Positions 16,987 to 26,443 of a stretch of 64,000 bases of DNA are shown here, piece after piece (position 1 is the stretch's first letter; every line of letters begins with the position of its first letter). The notes under the pieces were generated by a model that did not search any database, was not told where the DNA came from, and saw nothing but the letters and a program-made list of their open reading frames with translations. The stretch comes from Clostridium sp. CAG:508. Its GTDB lineage: Bacteria; Bacillota; Clostridia; TANB77; CAG-508. The stretch is from contig FR889109.1 of the NCBI GenBank assembly GCA_000435755.1, forward strand, positions 88,731 to 152,730, given 5' to 3'. A program made the translations under genes and the position numbers.

Positions 16987-19110
16987 ATGTTTAAAAAATA
17001 CGAAACACAATTAGCAGGAAGAACTTTATCAATTGAAACAGGAAAAATTGCAGAACTTGCAAACGGAAACGTAGTAGTACGTTATGGAGAGACAGTTGTT
17101 ATGGTGAACGTAACAGCAGCAAAAGAACCAAAAGAGGGAATAGACTTTTTCCCACTATCAGTAGATTATGAAGAAAAACTATATGCAGTAGGTAAAATCC
17201 CAGGAGGATTTACAAAAAGAGAAGGAAAACCAGCAGATAAAGCTATATTAACATCAAGAGCAATTGACAGACCTTTAAGACCATTATTTCCAAAAGATTT
17301 TAGAAATGATACATGTGTTGTAGCAACTGTATTATCAGTAGATCCAGACAATAGTCCAGAAGTATGTGCTATGATCGGTGCATCAGCTGCACTTTCTATA
17401 TCAAACATTCCATTTGGAGGTCCTACAGCAGCAGTAGCAGTTGGATATGTTGATGACCAAATAGTTATAAACCCAACATTAGCACAAAGAGAAAAAAGCA
17501 GATTAACATTAACAGTAGCAGGAACACTTGAAAAAATCACTATGATAGAAGCTGGTGCTGACGAAATACCAAATGATACAATGCTTGAAGCAATTAAAAC
17601 AGCACATGAAGAAATTAAGAAAATATGTAACTTTATTTCTGACATCAAAGCAGAAATAGGAAAACCAAAATTTGAATACAAATCATTTGCTACAGATCCA
17701 GAAGTATATAACGAAATAGTAGCAAACTTCAAAGACAGAATGTATCAAGATGTACAAGCTACAGATAAAACTGTAAGAGATGCAAACATTGAAAAAATCA
17801 CAGAAGATATTACAGCATATTTTGTAGAAAAGTACGGAGAAGAAGCTGCAGAAGAAAAGAAAACAGATATTGCAGACAGCGTACATGACTTAGAAAAAGC
17901 TTGTGTAAGAGAAATGATTCTAGAAGAACATAAACGTCCAGATGGAAGAAAAATAGACGAAATAAGACCACTTTCATGTGAAGTAGGTGTACTTCCAAGA
18001 GTACATGGTAGTGCAATATTTACAAGAGGACAAACTCAAGTAATGTCTATAGTAACATTAGGAACAAGTAGTGAAGCACAAGAATTAGACGGTTTAGATG
18101 AAGAAACAACAAAAAGATATATGCATCAATATAACTTCCCAGCATATAGTGTTGGTGAAGCAAGAACATCAAGAGGACCAGGCAGAAGAGAAATTGGACA
18201 TGGTGCTTTAGCAGAAAAAGCATTAGTACCAGTTATTCCATCAGAAGAAGAATTCCCTTATGCTATAAGAGTTGTATCAGAAGTATTATCTTCAAATGGT
18301 TCAACATCACAAGCAAGTATTTGTGGAAGTACATTAGCATTGATGGATGCAGGTGTCCCAATTAAAAAGCCAGTAGCAGGTATTTCAACAGGATTAGTTA
18401 CAGACAAGAATGATCCAAGCAGATACATTATGCTTACAGATATTCAAGGAATTGAAGACTTCTTTGGAGATATGGATTTCAAAGTTGGTGGAACAAAAGA
18501 TGGAATTACTGCTATACAAGTTGACATTAAAATAGATGGACTAACATATGATATAATTAAGGAAGCTTTCGAAAGAACAAAAGTTGCAAGAGATTATATC
18601 TTAGATAATATAATGTTACCAGTTATAAGCGAACCAAGAAAAGAAGTTTCTAAATATGCACCAAAAATCATGATGGCAAACATATGCAAAGACAAAATAA
18701 AAGATGTTATCGGACCTGGTGGAAAAATGATTAACAAAATCATTGACGAGACAGGAGTTAAAATTGATATAAATGATGACGGAAAAGTATGCGTATATGC
18801 TAATGACTCAGAAAGTGGTAAAAAAGCTATGGATATGATTTTAGATATAGCTAAAATTATTGAAGTTGGTGGAATTTATGATGGAAAAGTAACAAGAATT
18901 ATGCCATTCGGAGCATTTGTTGATATTGGTGGTGGAAATGAGGGTCTATTACACATTTCTAAAATATCAAGTAAAAGAGTAGAAAAAGTTGAAGATGTTT
19001 TAAGTGTTGGAGACGAAGTAACAGTTAAAGTTTCTGAAATTGATAACCAAGGAAGAATTAATTTAAACATGAAAGACTTAGAAGCAGGAAATACCGAAGA
19101 AAAAGAATAA
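16987..19110 (+). CDS. pnp: polynucleotide phosphorylase
   Basis: 707 aa with two RNase PH domains, a KH domain (GPGGKMINKI) and an S1 domain (FGAFVDI). Confidence 0.97.
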   Translation: MFKKYETQLAGRTLSIETGKIAELANGNVVVRYGETVVMVNVTAAKEPKEGIDFFPLSVDYEEKLYAVGKIPGGFTKREGKPADKAILTSRAIDRPLRPLFPKDFRNDTCVVATVLSVDPDNSPEVCAMIGASAALSISNIPFGGPTAAVAVGYVDDQIVINPTLAQREKSRLTLTVAGTLEKITMIEAGADEIPNDTMLEAIKTAHEEIKKICNFISDIKAEIGKPKFEYKSFATDPEVYNEIVANFKDRMYQDVQATDKTVRDANIEKITEDITAYFVEKYGEEAAEEKKTDIADSVHDLEKACVREMILEEHKRPDGRKIDEIRPLSCEVGVLPRVHGSAIFTRGQTQVMSIVTLGTSSEAQELDGLDEETTKRYMHQYNFPAYSVGEARTSRGPGRREIGHGALAEKALVPVIPSEEEFPYAIRVVSEVLSSNGSTSQASICGSTLALMDAGVPIKKPVAGISTGLVTDKNDPSRYIMLTDIQGIEDFFGDMDFKVGGTKDGITAIQVDIKIDGLTYDIIKEAFERTKVARDYILDNIMLPVISEPRKEVSKYAPKIMMANICKDKIKDVIGPGGKMINKIIDETGVKIDINDDGKVCVYANDSESGKKAMDMILDIAKIIEVGGIYDGKVTRIMPFGAFVDIGGGNEGLLHISKISSKRVEKVEDVLSVGDEVTVKVSEIDNQGRINLNMKDLEAGNTEEKE

Positions 19111-19133
19111 ATATTAAGATTTAATTAAAATGG

Positions 19134-19162
19134 TTGAATTATTTTAATGACATGTATATAAT
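19134..19162 (+). promoter_or_regulatory. sigma-A type promoter of the GT2 gene
   Basis: TTGAAT (19134-19139), 17 nt, TATAAT (19157-19162). Confidence 0.55.
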
Positions 19163-19192
19163 AAGTCTAGAAATTAAGAAAAGGAGAAAAAC

Positions 19193-20443
19193 ATGGAATA
19201 CTTATATATTGTTCAACAGGCATTAGTATGGATTATAACAATATTTTGGTTTTACCAATTAGCAATTAGTGTATGTTCACTAGTAAAATTAAAAGATAAA
19301 CCAATGCTTGTAAACAAAAATCATCGTTTTATGGCAATCATTCCAGCCCATAACGAAGAAAATGTAGTAACAGAATTAATAGAAAGTTTAAAAGCTCAAG
19401 ACTATCCAAAAGAGTTATTAGACATATATGTAATTGCAGATAACTGTACAGATAGAACAGCAGACGTTGCGAGAGCAGCAGGAGCAATTGTATATGAAAG
19501 ATTTGACCCAAGCAAAAAAACAAAGGGATATGCATTAAACTGGTTTTTGAGACAAAAAATTGATGAAAATGCACCATATGATGCATTCTGCATATTTGAT
19601 GCAGATAATGTTGCAGACAAAAGCTTTATCAAAAATATGAATAAAAAACTTTGTCAAGGTGAAGATGTAGTTCAAGGATACAGAGATATTAAAAATCCAA
19701 CAGATAACTGGATTACAGCAGGATATGCAATATTCTATTGGACAATGAACCGTTTTTATCATTTAGCTAGATACAATGTAGGTCTTTCACCATTAATCAA
19801 TGGTACAGGATTTATGGTTAAGTTTGATGTAGTAAAACCAGAAGGCTGGATTACAAAAACTCTAACTGAAGATATTGAGTTCTCACTAAAAAGAATAATT
19901 AAAGGTAAAAAATTAGGATGGGCAGTAGATGCAGTAGTTTATGATGAACAACCTTTAGGATTTAAACAAAGTTGGAAACAAAGAACAAGATGGACAGTTG
20001 GACATATGCAATGTATAAAAGAATATACAAAACCATTAGCGTTAGCAGTTAAAGAACACAAAACAATAATGAACTTTGATGGATTTTTATACATTATAGG
20101 AAGTATACCAATGTTTATACTTACACTTGTATTACTACTAATAAATGTTATTATGTACGCAGGAGATGGAATGACAAGCATGGACTTAGCTATGAATATG
20201 TTAAGATATGTAATACCAACATTCCTATTACCAATTGGAACGGCAGTACTAATAATGTTATTAGATAAAAGACCTATCAAGCCAATGATTAAAGGACTAT
20301 TATGCTATCCATTATTCTTAGGCTCATGGATCGCTATAAACTTTAAATGTTTATTCAAACGTGACACTACATGGGAAAAAATTGAACACGTTAGAAAAAT
20401 TGCTATTCATGAAGTAGCAGAAACAGAAAAAGTTCAAAGTTAA
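19193..20443 (+). CDS. membrane-embedded family 2 glycosyltransferase, synthase-like (D, DxD, TED, QxxRW motifs)
   Basis: N-terminal TM segment, then a GT-A domain with IIPAHNEE, DNCTD, FDADN, TEDIE and QRTRW, then about 4 C-terminal TM segments. Confidence 0.8.
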   Translation: MEYLYIVQQALVWIITIFWFYQLAISVCSLVKLKDKPMLVNKNHRFMAIIPAHNEENVVTELIESLKAQDYPKELLDIYVIADNCTDRTADVARAAGAIVYERFDPSKKTKGYALNWFLRQKIDENAPYDAFCIFDADNVADKSFIKNMNKKLCQGEDVVQGYRDIKNPTDNWITAGYAIFYWTMNRFYHLARYNVGLSPLINGTGFMVKFDVVKPEGWITKTLTEDIEFSLKRIIKGKKLGWAVDAVVYDEQPLGFKQSWKQRTRWTVGHMQCIKEYTKPLALAVKEHKTIMNFDGFLYIIGSIPMFILTLVLLLINVIMYAGDGMTSMDLAMNMLRYVIPTFLLPIGTAVLIMLLDKRPIKPMIKGLLCYPLFLGSWIAINFKCLFKRDTTWEKIEHVRKIAIHEVAETEKVQS

Positions 20444-20449
20444 TAAATA

Positions 20450-20485
20450 CGGCAAGAAAGGTTAAACTTTTCTTGCCGCTTTTTG
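20450..20485 (+). terminator. intrinsic terminator after the GT2 gene
   Basis: CGGCAAGAAA (20450-20459) pairs with TTTCTTGCCG (20469-20478), followed by CTTTTT. Confidence 0.75.
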
Positions 20486-20577
20486 AGTGACTTTGGAGAT
20501 GGAGTCAAAACTCACCTTTTTGCATAAAAATTTAGACTAAGAAATAGTTTATAAAGTAGTAAAAGAGAGGTAAAACT

Positions 20578-21276
20578 ATGGAAAAACAAAGGGAGAAAAA
20601 TATGCTTAAAATTTTGATAATTATAATATTAATATTATGTGCACTTATTGGAATAATGATGTTGTCAATAAACTTTTATGTGGTAAATAAAACCAAAAGT
20701 AAAATAGTAACAGAAAAACAAGCAAAAGAGTTAGAAAATGTAGATTGCATTTTAGTATTAGGTGCAGGAATATGGGGAGATAAACCAAGTCCAATGCTAG
20801 AAGATAGACTATTACAAGGGATTACACTATATAATAATCAAACTTCTTCAAAAATAATAATGAGTGGAGACCATGGAAAGGAAGAATATGACGAAGTAAA
20901 TGTTATGAAAGATTTTGCAATTGAGAAAGGTGTAAAATCAGAAGATATATTCATGGATCATGCAGGTTTTTCTACTTATGATAGTGTATATCGTGCAAAA
21001 GAAATTTTTAAAGCTCAAAAAATAATAATTGTTACACAAAAATATCATTTACATAGAGCTTTATATGTAGCTGAAAAACTAGGAATAGAAGCATATGGAG
21101 TAGCGTCAGATCCAAGAGAGTATAGAGGACAAGTTGTAAGAGAATTAAGAGAAGTCTTAGCAAGAGATAAAGATTTCTTTAAATGTATAATTAAACCAGA
21201 ACCAACTTACTTAGGAGACACAATACCAGTGAGTGGCAATGGAGATGCGACTAATGATAAAAAAGGTGACTTTTGA
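20578..21276 (+). CDS. sanA: SanA/YdcF (DUF218) family envelope protein
   Basis: N-terminal TM segment, then a DUF218 core (CILVLGAG, IIMSGDHG, MDHAGFSTYDS). Confidence 0.8.
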   Translation: MEKQREKNMLKILIIIILILCALIGIMMLSINFYVVNKTKSKIVTEKQAKELENVDCILVLGAGIWGDKPSPMLEDRLLQGITLYNNQTSSKIIMSGDHGKEEYDEVNVMKDFAIEKGVKSEDIFMDHAGFSTYDSVYRAKEIFKAQKIIIVTQKYHLHRALYVAEKLGIEAYGVASDPREYRGQVVRELREVLARDKDFFKCIIKPEPTYLGDTIPVSGNGDATNDKKGDF

Positions 21277-21301
21277 TCCCGTTCCAAAAGTCACCTTTTT
21301 A
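21265..21301 (+). terminator. intrinsic terminator after sanA
   Basis: Perfect 11-bp stem (GGTGACTTTTG, 21265-21275, with CAAAAGTCACC, 21285-21295), then TTTTT. The left arm overlaps the stop codon. Confidence 0.8.
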
Positions 21302-21304
21302 GTG

Positions 21305-21333
21305 TAGACAATAAAATGTAAGAGTGATATAAT
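21305..21333 (+). promoter_or_regulatory. sigma-A type promoter of the GT-C gene
   Basis: TAGACA (21305-21310), 17 nt, TATAAT (21328-21333), with an extended -10 TGA. Confidence 0.5.
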
Positions 21334-21357
21334 TTGTAACAAAAGGAGAGCGCAAAA

Positions 21358-22833
21358 ATGAAAAAAACAAAATATCTACATATTGCAATAATAATATTAG
21401 GAATAATATTTATAACAATACCAGTATTTCATAATAATTTATGGTTTGATGAAAGTTATTCTGTAGGAATGGCCAATAAAAGCTTTATAGATATTTGGCA
21501 AATAGGGAGCAATGATGTTCATCCAATATTATATTATTGGATATTACATTTAATATATATAATATTTGGTTCTAACATATATTTATATAGAATTGCATCA
21601 ATGATACCAATTGCAATATTAGGTATCCTAGGATACACACACATAAAAAAAGATTTTGGAGAAAAAGAAGGTATACTATTTTCGTTTTTTACATTCTTTT
21701 TACCAATAGCATCAGTATATTCTGGTGAAATTAGAATGTACACATGGGGAATGCTGTTCGTAACCATAATGGCAATATATGCTTACAGAATATATAAAAA
21801 ATCAAGTACAAAAAATTGGATAATATTTGCTATATTTAGTTTGGCGTCAGCATATACACATTATTATGCTTTAGCAACAGCCGGAATAATAAACTTATTA
21901 TTATTTATATATTTATTAAAAAATGCAATAAAGCAAAAAAGCTATACTAAAGAATTAAAAAGCTTTACCATTTCAGCTATAGTACAAATAATATTATATA
22001 TACCATGGCTATATAGCTTGCTAAACCAAATAACAGGAGTTTCAAAAGGATATTGGATTTCTGCACCATCAGCAAAATTACTATTACAAATATTTTGTTT
22101 TCAATTTACAGGAAATCTAGATATAATGTTTGTTCCACAATGGACATCAGTAGCATTAGGAATAATATTATTAATATATTGCATATATTGTGCTATAGCA
22201 AATAAAGGAGAAAAAACAGCAGGTAGATTGGCTATAGGTGTTTATTTGATAGTATTTGTAGCAATGTATATTATTTCTCTAAAAACACCAATATTATATG
22301 CTCGTTACTTTTTAAACCTAACAGGATTATTTATATTTTTTATGGCATTTTTTATTGCAAAGGATAAAAATAAATTGCTAACAATAATGATTTGTCTTAT
22401 TACACTTGCAGTGGCAATATTGGTGAACCTAAATGTAAGTAAAATGAACTATGCTGAAAACAATAAAGTACCACTAGAATATGTAAAACAAGATTTACAA
22501 CAAGGAGATATGATATTATTTGGAAATAGAGGAAGTGGTTTTACTATAAGTATGCAATTAGTAGATGTGCCAAACTGCTTTTATGACTATGAAAACTGGA
22601 ATGTTGAACCAGCATACAAAGCATTTGGCAAAGAAATGATTTACACAAATAATATTGAAACATTAGAAAATTACAAAGGAAGAATCTGGATTGTAAATTC
22701 AGATAATTATAGTATATATGAAGAATTTAAAGAAAAGTATGGAGATAGAATAGAACTTATAAAACAAGAAATTTTTAATACAGAATATCATGGATATAAT
22801 TATTCTATATGCTTAATAGAAAAAGATAATTAA
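21358..22833 (+). CDS. GT-C fold glycosyltransferase (family 39 / PMT_2 / ArnT-like)
   Basis: 491 aa with about 11 TM segments. A first-loop WFDESY acidic motif is present, and there is a soluble C-terminal domain. Confidence 0.7.
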   Translation: MKKTKYLHIAIIILGIIFITIPVFHNNLWFDESYSVGMANKSFIDIWQIGSNDVHPILYYWILHLIYIIFGSNIYLYRIASMIPIAILGILGYTHIKKDFGEKEGILFSFFTFFLPIASVYSGEIRMYTWGMLFVTIMAIYAYRIYKKSSTKNWIIFAIFSLASAYTHYYALATAGIINLLLFIYLLKNAIKQKSYTKELKSFTISAIVQIILYIPWLYSLLNQITGVSKGYWISAPSAKLLLQIFCFQFTGNLDIMFVPQWTSVALGIILLIYCIYCAIANKGEKTAGRLAIGVYLIVFVAMYIISLKTPILYARYFLNLTGLFIFFMAFFIAKDKNKLLTIMICLITLAVAILVNLNVSKMNYAENNKVPLEYVKQDLQQGDMILFGNRGSGFTISMQLVDVPNCFYDYENWNVEPAYKAFGKEMIYTNNIETLENYKGRIWIVNSDNYSIYEEFKEKYGDRIELIKQEIFNTEYHGYNYSICLIEKDN

Positions 22834-22845
22834 AGGAGAAAAACA

Positions 22846-23724
22846 TTGCAATTACTATTTAATAATTTAAATTCAACTGATGACATAAAAGTATATTCAT
22901 TTGTTGGACCATCAGGAACGGGGAAAAGCTATAGGGCACAAATGGTGGCAAAAGAGAACAATATAAAATACATTATTGATGATGGACTACTAGTATGCGA
23001 GAATAATGTAGTAGCAGGAACATCAGCCAAAAAAGCTCCAACAAAAGTGGAAACTGTAAAAAAGGCAATATTCATAAATGAAAAAGATAGAAATGAAATG
23101 AGAAAAGCAATAAGAAAGTATAAACCAGAATCTATATTGATTTTGGGTACTTCTGATGGCATGATAGATAAAATAACTGAAAACCTAGGACTACCTAAAG
23201 TTAGTAAGAGAATATATATTCAAGATGTGGCTACAGAGGCAGAAATGGAAGAAGCAAAAAGAATACGTACAACACAAGGAAAACATGTTATTCCAGTACC
23301 AACCTTTGAAATAAAAAAAGATTTCTCTGGATATATATTAGATCCACTTCAAATATTTAAATTCAAAGGAAAAGACAAAGATCCATACATAGCGGAAAAA
23401 TCAATAATAAGACCAACATTTAGCTACTTAGGAAACTTTACAATTTCAGATTCTGTGTTTAGACAAATTGCAGAGTACCTAGCAACACGTTCAGATGCAA
23501 TATATAAAGTGTTAAAAACAAGAGTAGAAAGTACACCAGAAGGACCAAATATATATATGGAAGTATCTATAGTTTTCGGCTTTAATATATTAACAGCATT
23601 AAGAGAATTTAAAGATAAAATTAGGAAAGAAATTGAAAAACTTACAACAATGAATGTAAAAGATATTACAATTGTGGCAAAAGCTATTTACATGCCAGAG
23701 AAAAAAGAAAAAGAGGAGGAATAA
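22846..23724 (+). CDS. P-loop NTPase fused to an Asp23/Gls24-like domain, function unknown
   Basis: TTG start 7 nt after AAGGAG; the first in-frame ATG lies after the Walker A. The N-terminus carries GPSGTGKS. The C-terminal ~110 aa resemble Asp23 (NFTISDSVFRQIA...VKDITIVAKAIY). Confidence 0.65.
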   Translation: MQLLFNNLNSTDDIKVYSFVGPSGTGKSYRAQMVAKENNIKYIIDDGLLVCENNVVAGTSAKKAPTKVETVKKAIFINEKDRNEMRKAIRKYKPESILILGTSDGMIDKITENLGLPKVSKRIYIQDVATEAEMEEAKRIRTTQGKHVIPVPTFEIKKDFSGYILDPLQIFKFKGKDKDPYIAEKSIIRPTFSYLGNFTISDSVFRQIAEYLATRSDAIYKVLKTRVESTPEGPNIYMEVSIVFGFNILTALREFKDKIRKEIEKLTTMNVKDITIVAKAIYMPEKKEKEEE

Positions 23725-23728
23725 ATAT

Positions 23729-24412
23729 ATGTCATTTATAGTAGCAATTGATGGACCGGCAGGAACAGGAAAAGGAACGGTAACAAAACTAATATCAAAG
23801 GAGTTAGGACTTGTAAACATAGATACAGGGGCAATGTACAGATGTGTTGCACTTCAAGCTTTAAGACAAGAAATAACAAGTATAGAAGAAAAAGAGAGAA
23901 TTATACAAATTGCAAAAAATATTGATATAAAAATGAAAAATGAAGGTGAAGAACAACAAGTGTATTTGAATGGAGAAAATGTAAGTAAAGAGATTAGAAC
24001 CAAAGAAGTATCAGCATTTGTTTCTCCAGTATCATCAATACCAGAAGTAAGAGAAATAATGGTAGAGCTACAAAGAAAAATGGCACAAAATGCAGATGTG
24101 ATAATGGAAGGCAGAGACATTACAACAGTAGTATTTCCAAACGCAGATGTAAAAATTTACTTAGATGCAAGTGTTGAAGAAAGAGCACAAAGAAGATATA
24201 AGGAAAATCAAGAAAAAGGAATTGATATGACATATGAGGAAGTACTAGAAGCTATAAAGACTAGAGACTATAATGATATGCATAAACCAGTAGGAGCTTT
24301 AAAAATTGCAGAAGATGCAATTGTAATAGATACAACACACTTAACAATAGGACAAGTAAAGGGAAAAGTGAAAGATATTATATTTGATAAAAGAATAAAA
24401 CCAATAGGTTAA
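23729..24412 (+). CDS. cmk: cytidylate kinase
   Basis: ORF 23672-24412. The ATG at 23729 gives MSFIVAIDGPAGTGKGT. The lid region (EGRDITTVVFP) and C-terminal motifs are present. Confidence 0.93.
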   Translation: MSFIVAIDGPAGTGKGTVTKLISKELGLVNIDTGAMYRCVALQALRQEITSIEEKERIIQIAKNIDIKMKNEGEEQQVYLNGENVSKEIRTKEVSAFVSPVSSIPEVREIMVELQRKMAQNADVIMEGRDITTVVFPNADVKIYLDASVEERAQRRYKENQEKGIDMTYEEVLEAIKTRDYNDMHKPVGALKIAEDAIVIDTTHLTIGQVKGKVKDIIFDKRIKPIG

Positions 24413-24415
24413 TAA

Positions 24416-24464
24416 ATGTCAAAATTCATTAAATTAGGTCTTAATGAATTTTGACATATTTTTA
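24416..24464 (+). terminator. intrinsic terminator after cmk
   Basis: 17-bp stem: ATGTCAAAATTCATTAA pairs with TTAATGAATTTTGACAT, followed by ATTTTT. Confidence 0.8.
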
Positions 24465-24497
24465 TGCAAAAGATACTAGAAAATGTCGCAAAAAGGG

Positions 24498-24526
24498 TTG
24501 CTTTTTATTGAGTATTATTATAGAAT
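24498..24526 (+). promoter_or_regulatory. possible promoter of the glycopolymer locus
   Basis: TTGCTT (24498-24503), 17 nt, TAGAAT (24521-24526). Confidence 0.35.
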
Positions 24527-24565
24527 TGTAGGTGCATAAAACTGTAAAATTTAAGGGGAAATAAA

Positions 24566-26443
24566 ATGAAAGAAATAATTAAAAAGAATAGAAATGTTCT
24601 TTTAATTTTAATAGATATATTAATTATTATCAGTTGTTATATAGCGTCAATATTATTCCTAAATGTACCTATTGATAACATCAAAGTACTTGTGGTGCAA
24701 ATAGCAGTGGTAGTTATTGTATATCAAATCTTTTTAAATATTTTTCGTATGTATCAAAATATGATGCGTTATGAAGTAGGAAAAGATTATATAAAATATA
24801 TAATTAGTGCATTCCTATCAATGATAATTTTATCAATAGTATATAAAGCTTTTAGCTTGGAATATATAAATTTAAAAGTAAATGTATTGTCAGGAGTATT
24901 AATCGCTGGCACTTTTGTCATGTATAGACTGGCTGGAAGATCAATTCTAAGTAGGAGAATGTCAAAATACGAAAAGATAAATAAAAATCAAGACAATAAA
25001 GCTAATAATCTACTTATAATTGGCGCTGGGATGGGTGCAAGAGAAATCATCATAGCTATAAAAAATAACATGCGAGACAAGTACAATATTGTAGGAATTA
25101 TAGATGATGATATAAGCAAAATAAACCACTATATTTTAGGAATTAAAGTATTAGGTACAAGATACGACATACCTAAAATAGCAAAAGAAAAAAATGTGGA
25201 TTTGATATTCTTTGCAATAAACAAAATAGATGCAGTTTCAAGAAGAAAGATATTAGAAATATGCCAAGAAACAGGGGTAAAAACAAGAGTATTACCTACA
25301 ACTGAAGAAGTGATTAACAAACAAGGAGCTATGAACAGCCTGAGAGATGTTCAAATTGAAGATTTATTAGGAAGAGACCCAGTACACCTAGATAACAAAA
25401 ACATTAATTCTTTAATAAAAAATAAAACTGTATTAGTAACGGGTGGAGGAGGCTCAATAGGTTCAGAACTATGCAGACAAATTGTTAAATATGATCCTAA
25501 AAGATTGGTAATATTAGACATATATGAAAACAATTTGTATGATATAGAAATGGAACTAAGAGCAGAATATCCAAAACTTAATTTAGAAGCGATTGTTGCA
25601 AGTGTTAGAGATAAAGCAAGACTAAACAATGTGTTTGAAACATATAAGCCAGAAATAGTATTTCATGCTGCAGCACATAAACATGTACCACTTATGGAAA
25701 AAAGCCCATTAGAGGCAATACACAACAACGTATTTGGAACATACAATGTGGTAAATTGTGCAGACGAATATGGAGTAGAAAAATTTGTATTAATTTCAAC
25801 AGACAAAGCTGTAAACCCAACAAACATAATGGGAGCAAGTAAAAGAGTTTGTGAAATGATAGTACAAGCTAAAAACAAAGTAAGCAAAACAGAATATGTA
25901 GCAGTTAGATTTGGTAATGTATTAGGAAGTAATGGCTCAGTTATACCACTATTCAAAAAGCAAATTGAAAGAGGAGGACCTGTTACTGTAACACATAAAG
26001 ACATCACAAGATTTTTTATGACAATACCAGAAGCAGTACAACTTATATTACAAGCAGTAACATACGCAAAAGGAGGAGAAATATTTGTACTAGATATGGG
26101 AGAACCTGTAAAAATATATGACTTGGCTGTTAGTTTAATAAAATTGTTAGGCTATGAACCAAATGTAGACATACCAATAGAAATAACAGGTCTAAGACCA
26201 GGAGAAAAACTATACGAAGAAATACTAATGTCAGAAGAAGGCTTAACATCAACAAAGCATGACAAGATATTTATAAGCAAACCAATGCACATGGAAATGA
26301 CAGAACTTGAAGAAAAATTAAACATACTAAAAGAATTAGAATACAACGAAAAATATTCTAATGAAAACATTAAAAATGTTATGAAAGAAGTAGTAACAAC
26401 ATATAGAGAACCAGAAGAGGTAAATAACAAAGAAAAGGAATGA
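24566..26443 (+). CDS. membrane-anchored UDP-HexNAc 4,6-dehydratase (CapD/PglF/WbpM family)
   Basis: 625 aa with 4 N-terminal TM segments and two Rossmann folds (IIGAGMGA, VTGGGGSIGSE), plus SDR catalytic region motifs. Confidence 0.88.
   Translation: MKEIIKKNRNVLLILIDILIIISCYIASILFLNVPIDNIKVLVVQIAVVVIVYQIFLNIFRMYQNMMRYEVGKDYIKYIISAFLSMIILSIVYKAFSLEYINLKVNVLSGVLIAGTFVMYRLAGRSILSRRMSKYEKINKNQDNKANNLLIIGAGMGAREIIIAIKNNMRDKYNIVGIIDDDISKINHYILGIKVLGTRYDIPKIAKEKNVDLIFFAINKIDAVSRRKILEICQETGVKTRVLPTTEEVINKQGAMNSLRDVQIEDLLGRDPVHLDNKNINSLIKNKTVLVTGGGGSIGSELCRQIVKYDPKRLVILDIYENNLYDIEMELRAEYPKLNLEAIVASVRDKARLNNVFETYKPEIVFHAAAHKHVPLMEKSPLEAIHNNVFGTYNVVNCADEYGVEKFVLISTDKAVNPTNIMGASKRVCEMIVQAKNKVSKTEYVAVRFGNVLGSNGSVIPLFKKQIERGGPVTVTHKDITRFFMTIPEAVQLILQAVTYAKGGEIFVLDMGEPVKIYDLAVSLIKLLGYEPNVDIPIEITGLRPGEKLYEEILMSEEGLTSTKHDKIFISKPMHMEMTELEEKLNILKELEYNEKYSNENIKNVMKEVVTTYREPEEVNNKEKE

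Noticed and set aside
19193-22833. GT2-SanA-GT-C as a single three-gene operon or system.
   Set aside because: Strong intrinsic terminators lie after the GT2 gene and after sanA. Separate -35/-10 pairs precede the GT2 gene and the GT-C gene. The sequence argues for independent units, so this is kept only as a low-interest neighbourhood note.
23672-23728. N-terminal extension of cmk (MWQKLFTCQRKKKKRRNKY...).
   Set aside because: It overlaps the end of the upstream gene. The canonical cmk start MSFIVAIDGPAGTGKGT at 23729 is the natural N-terminus.
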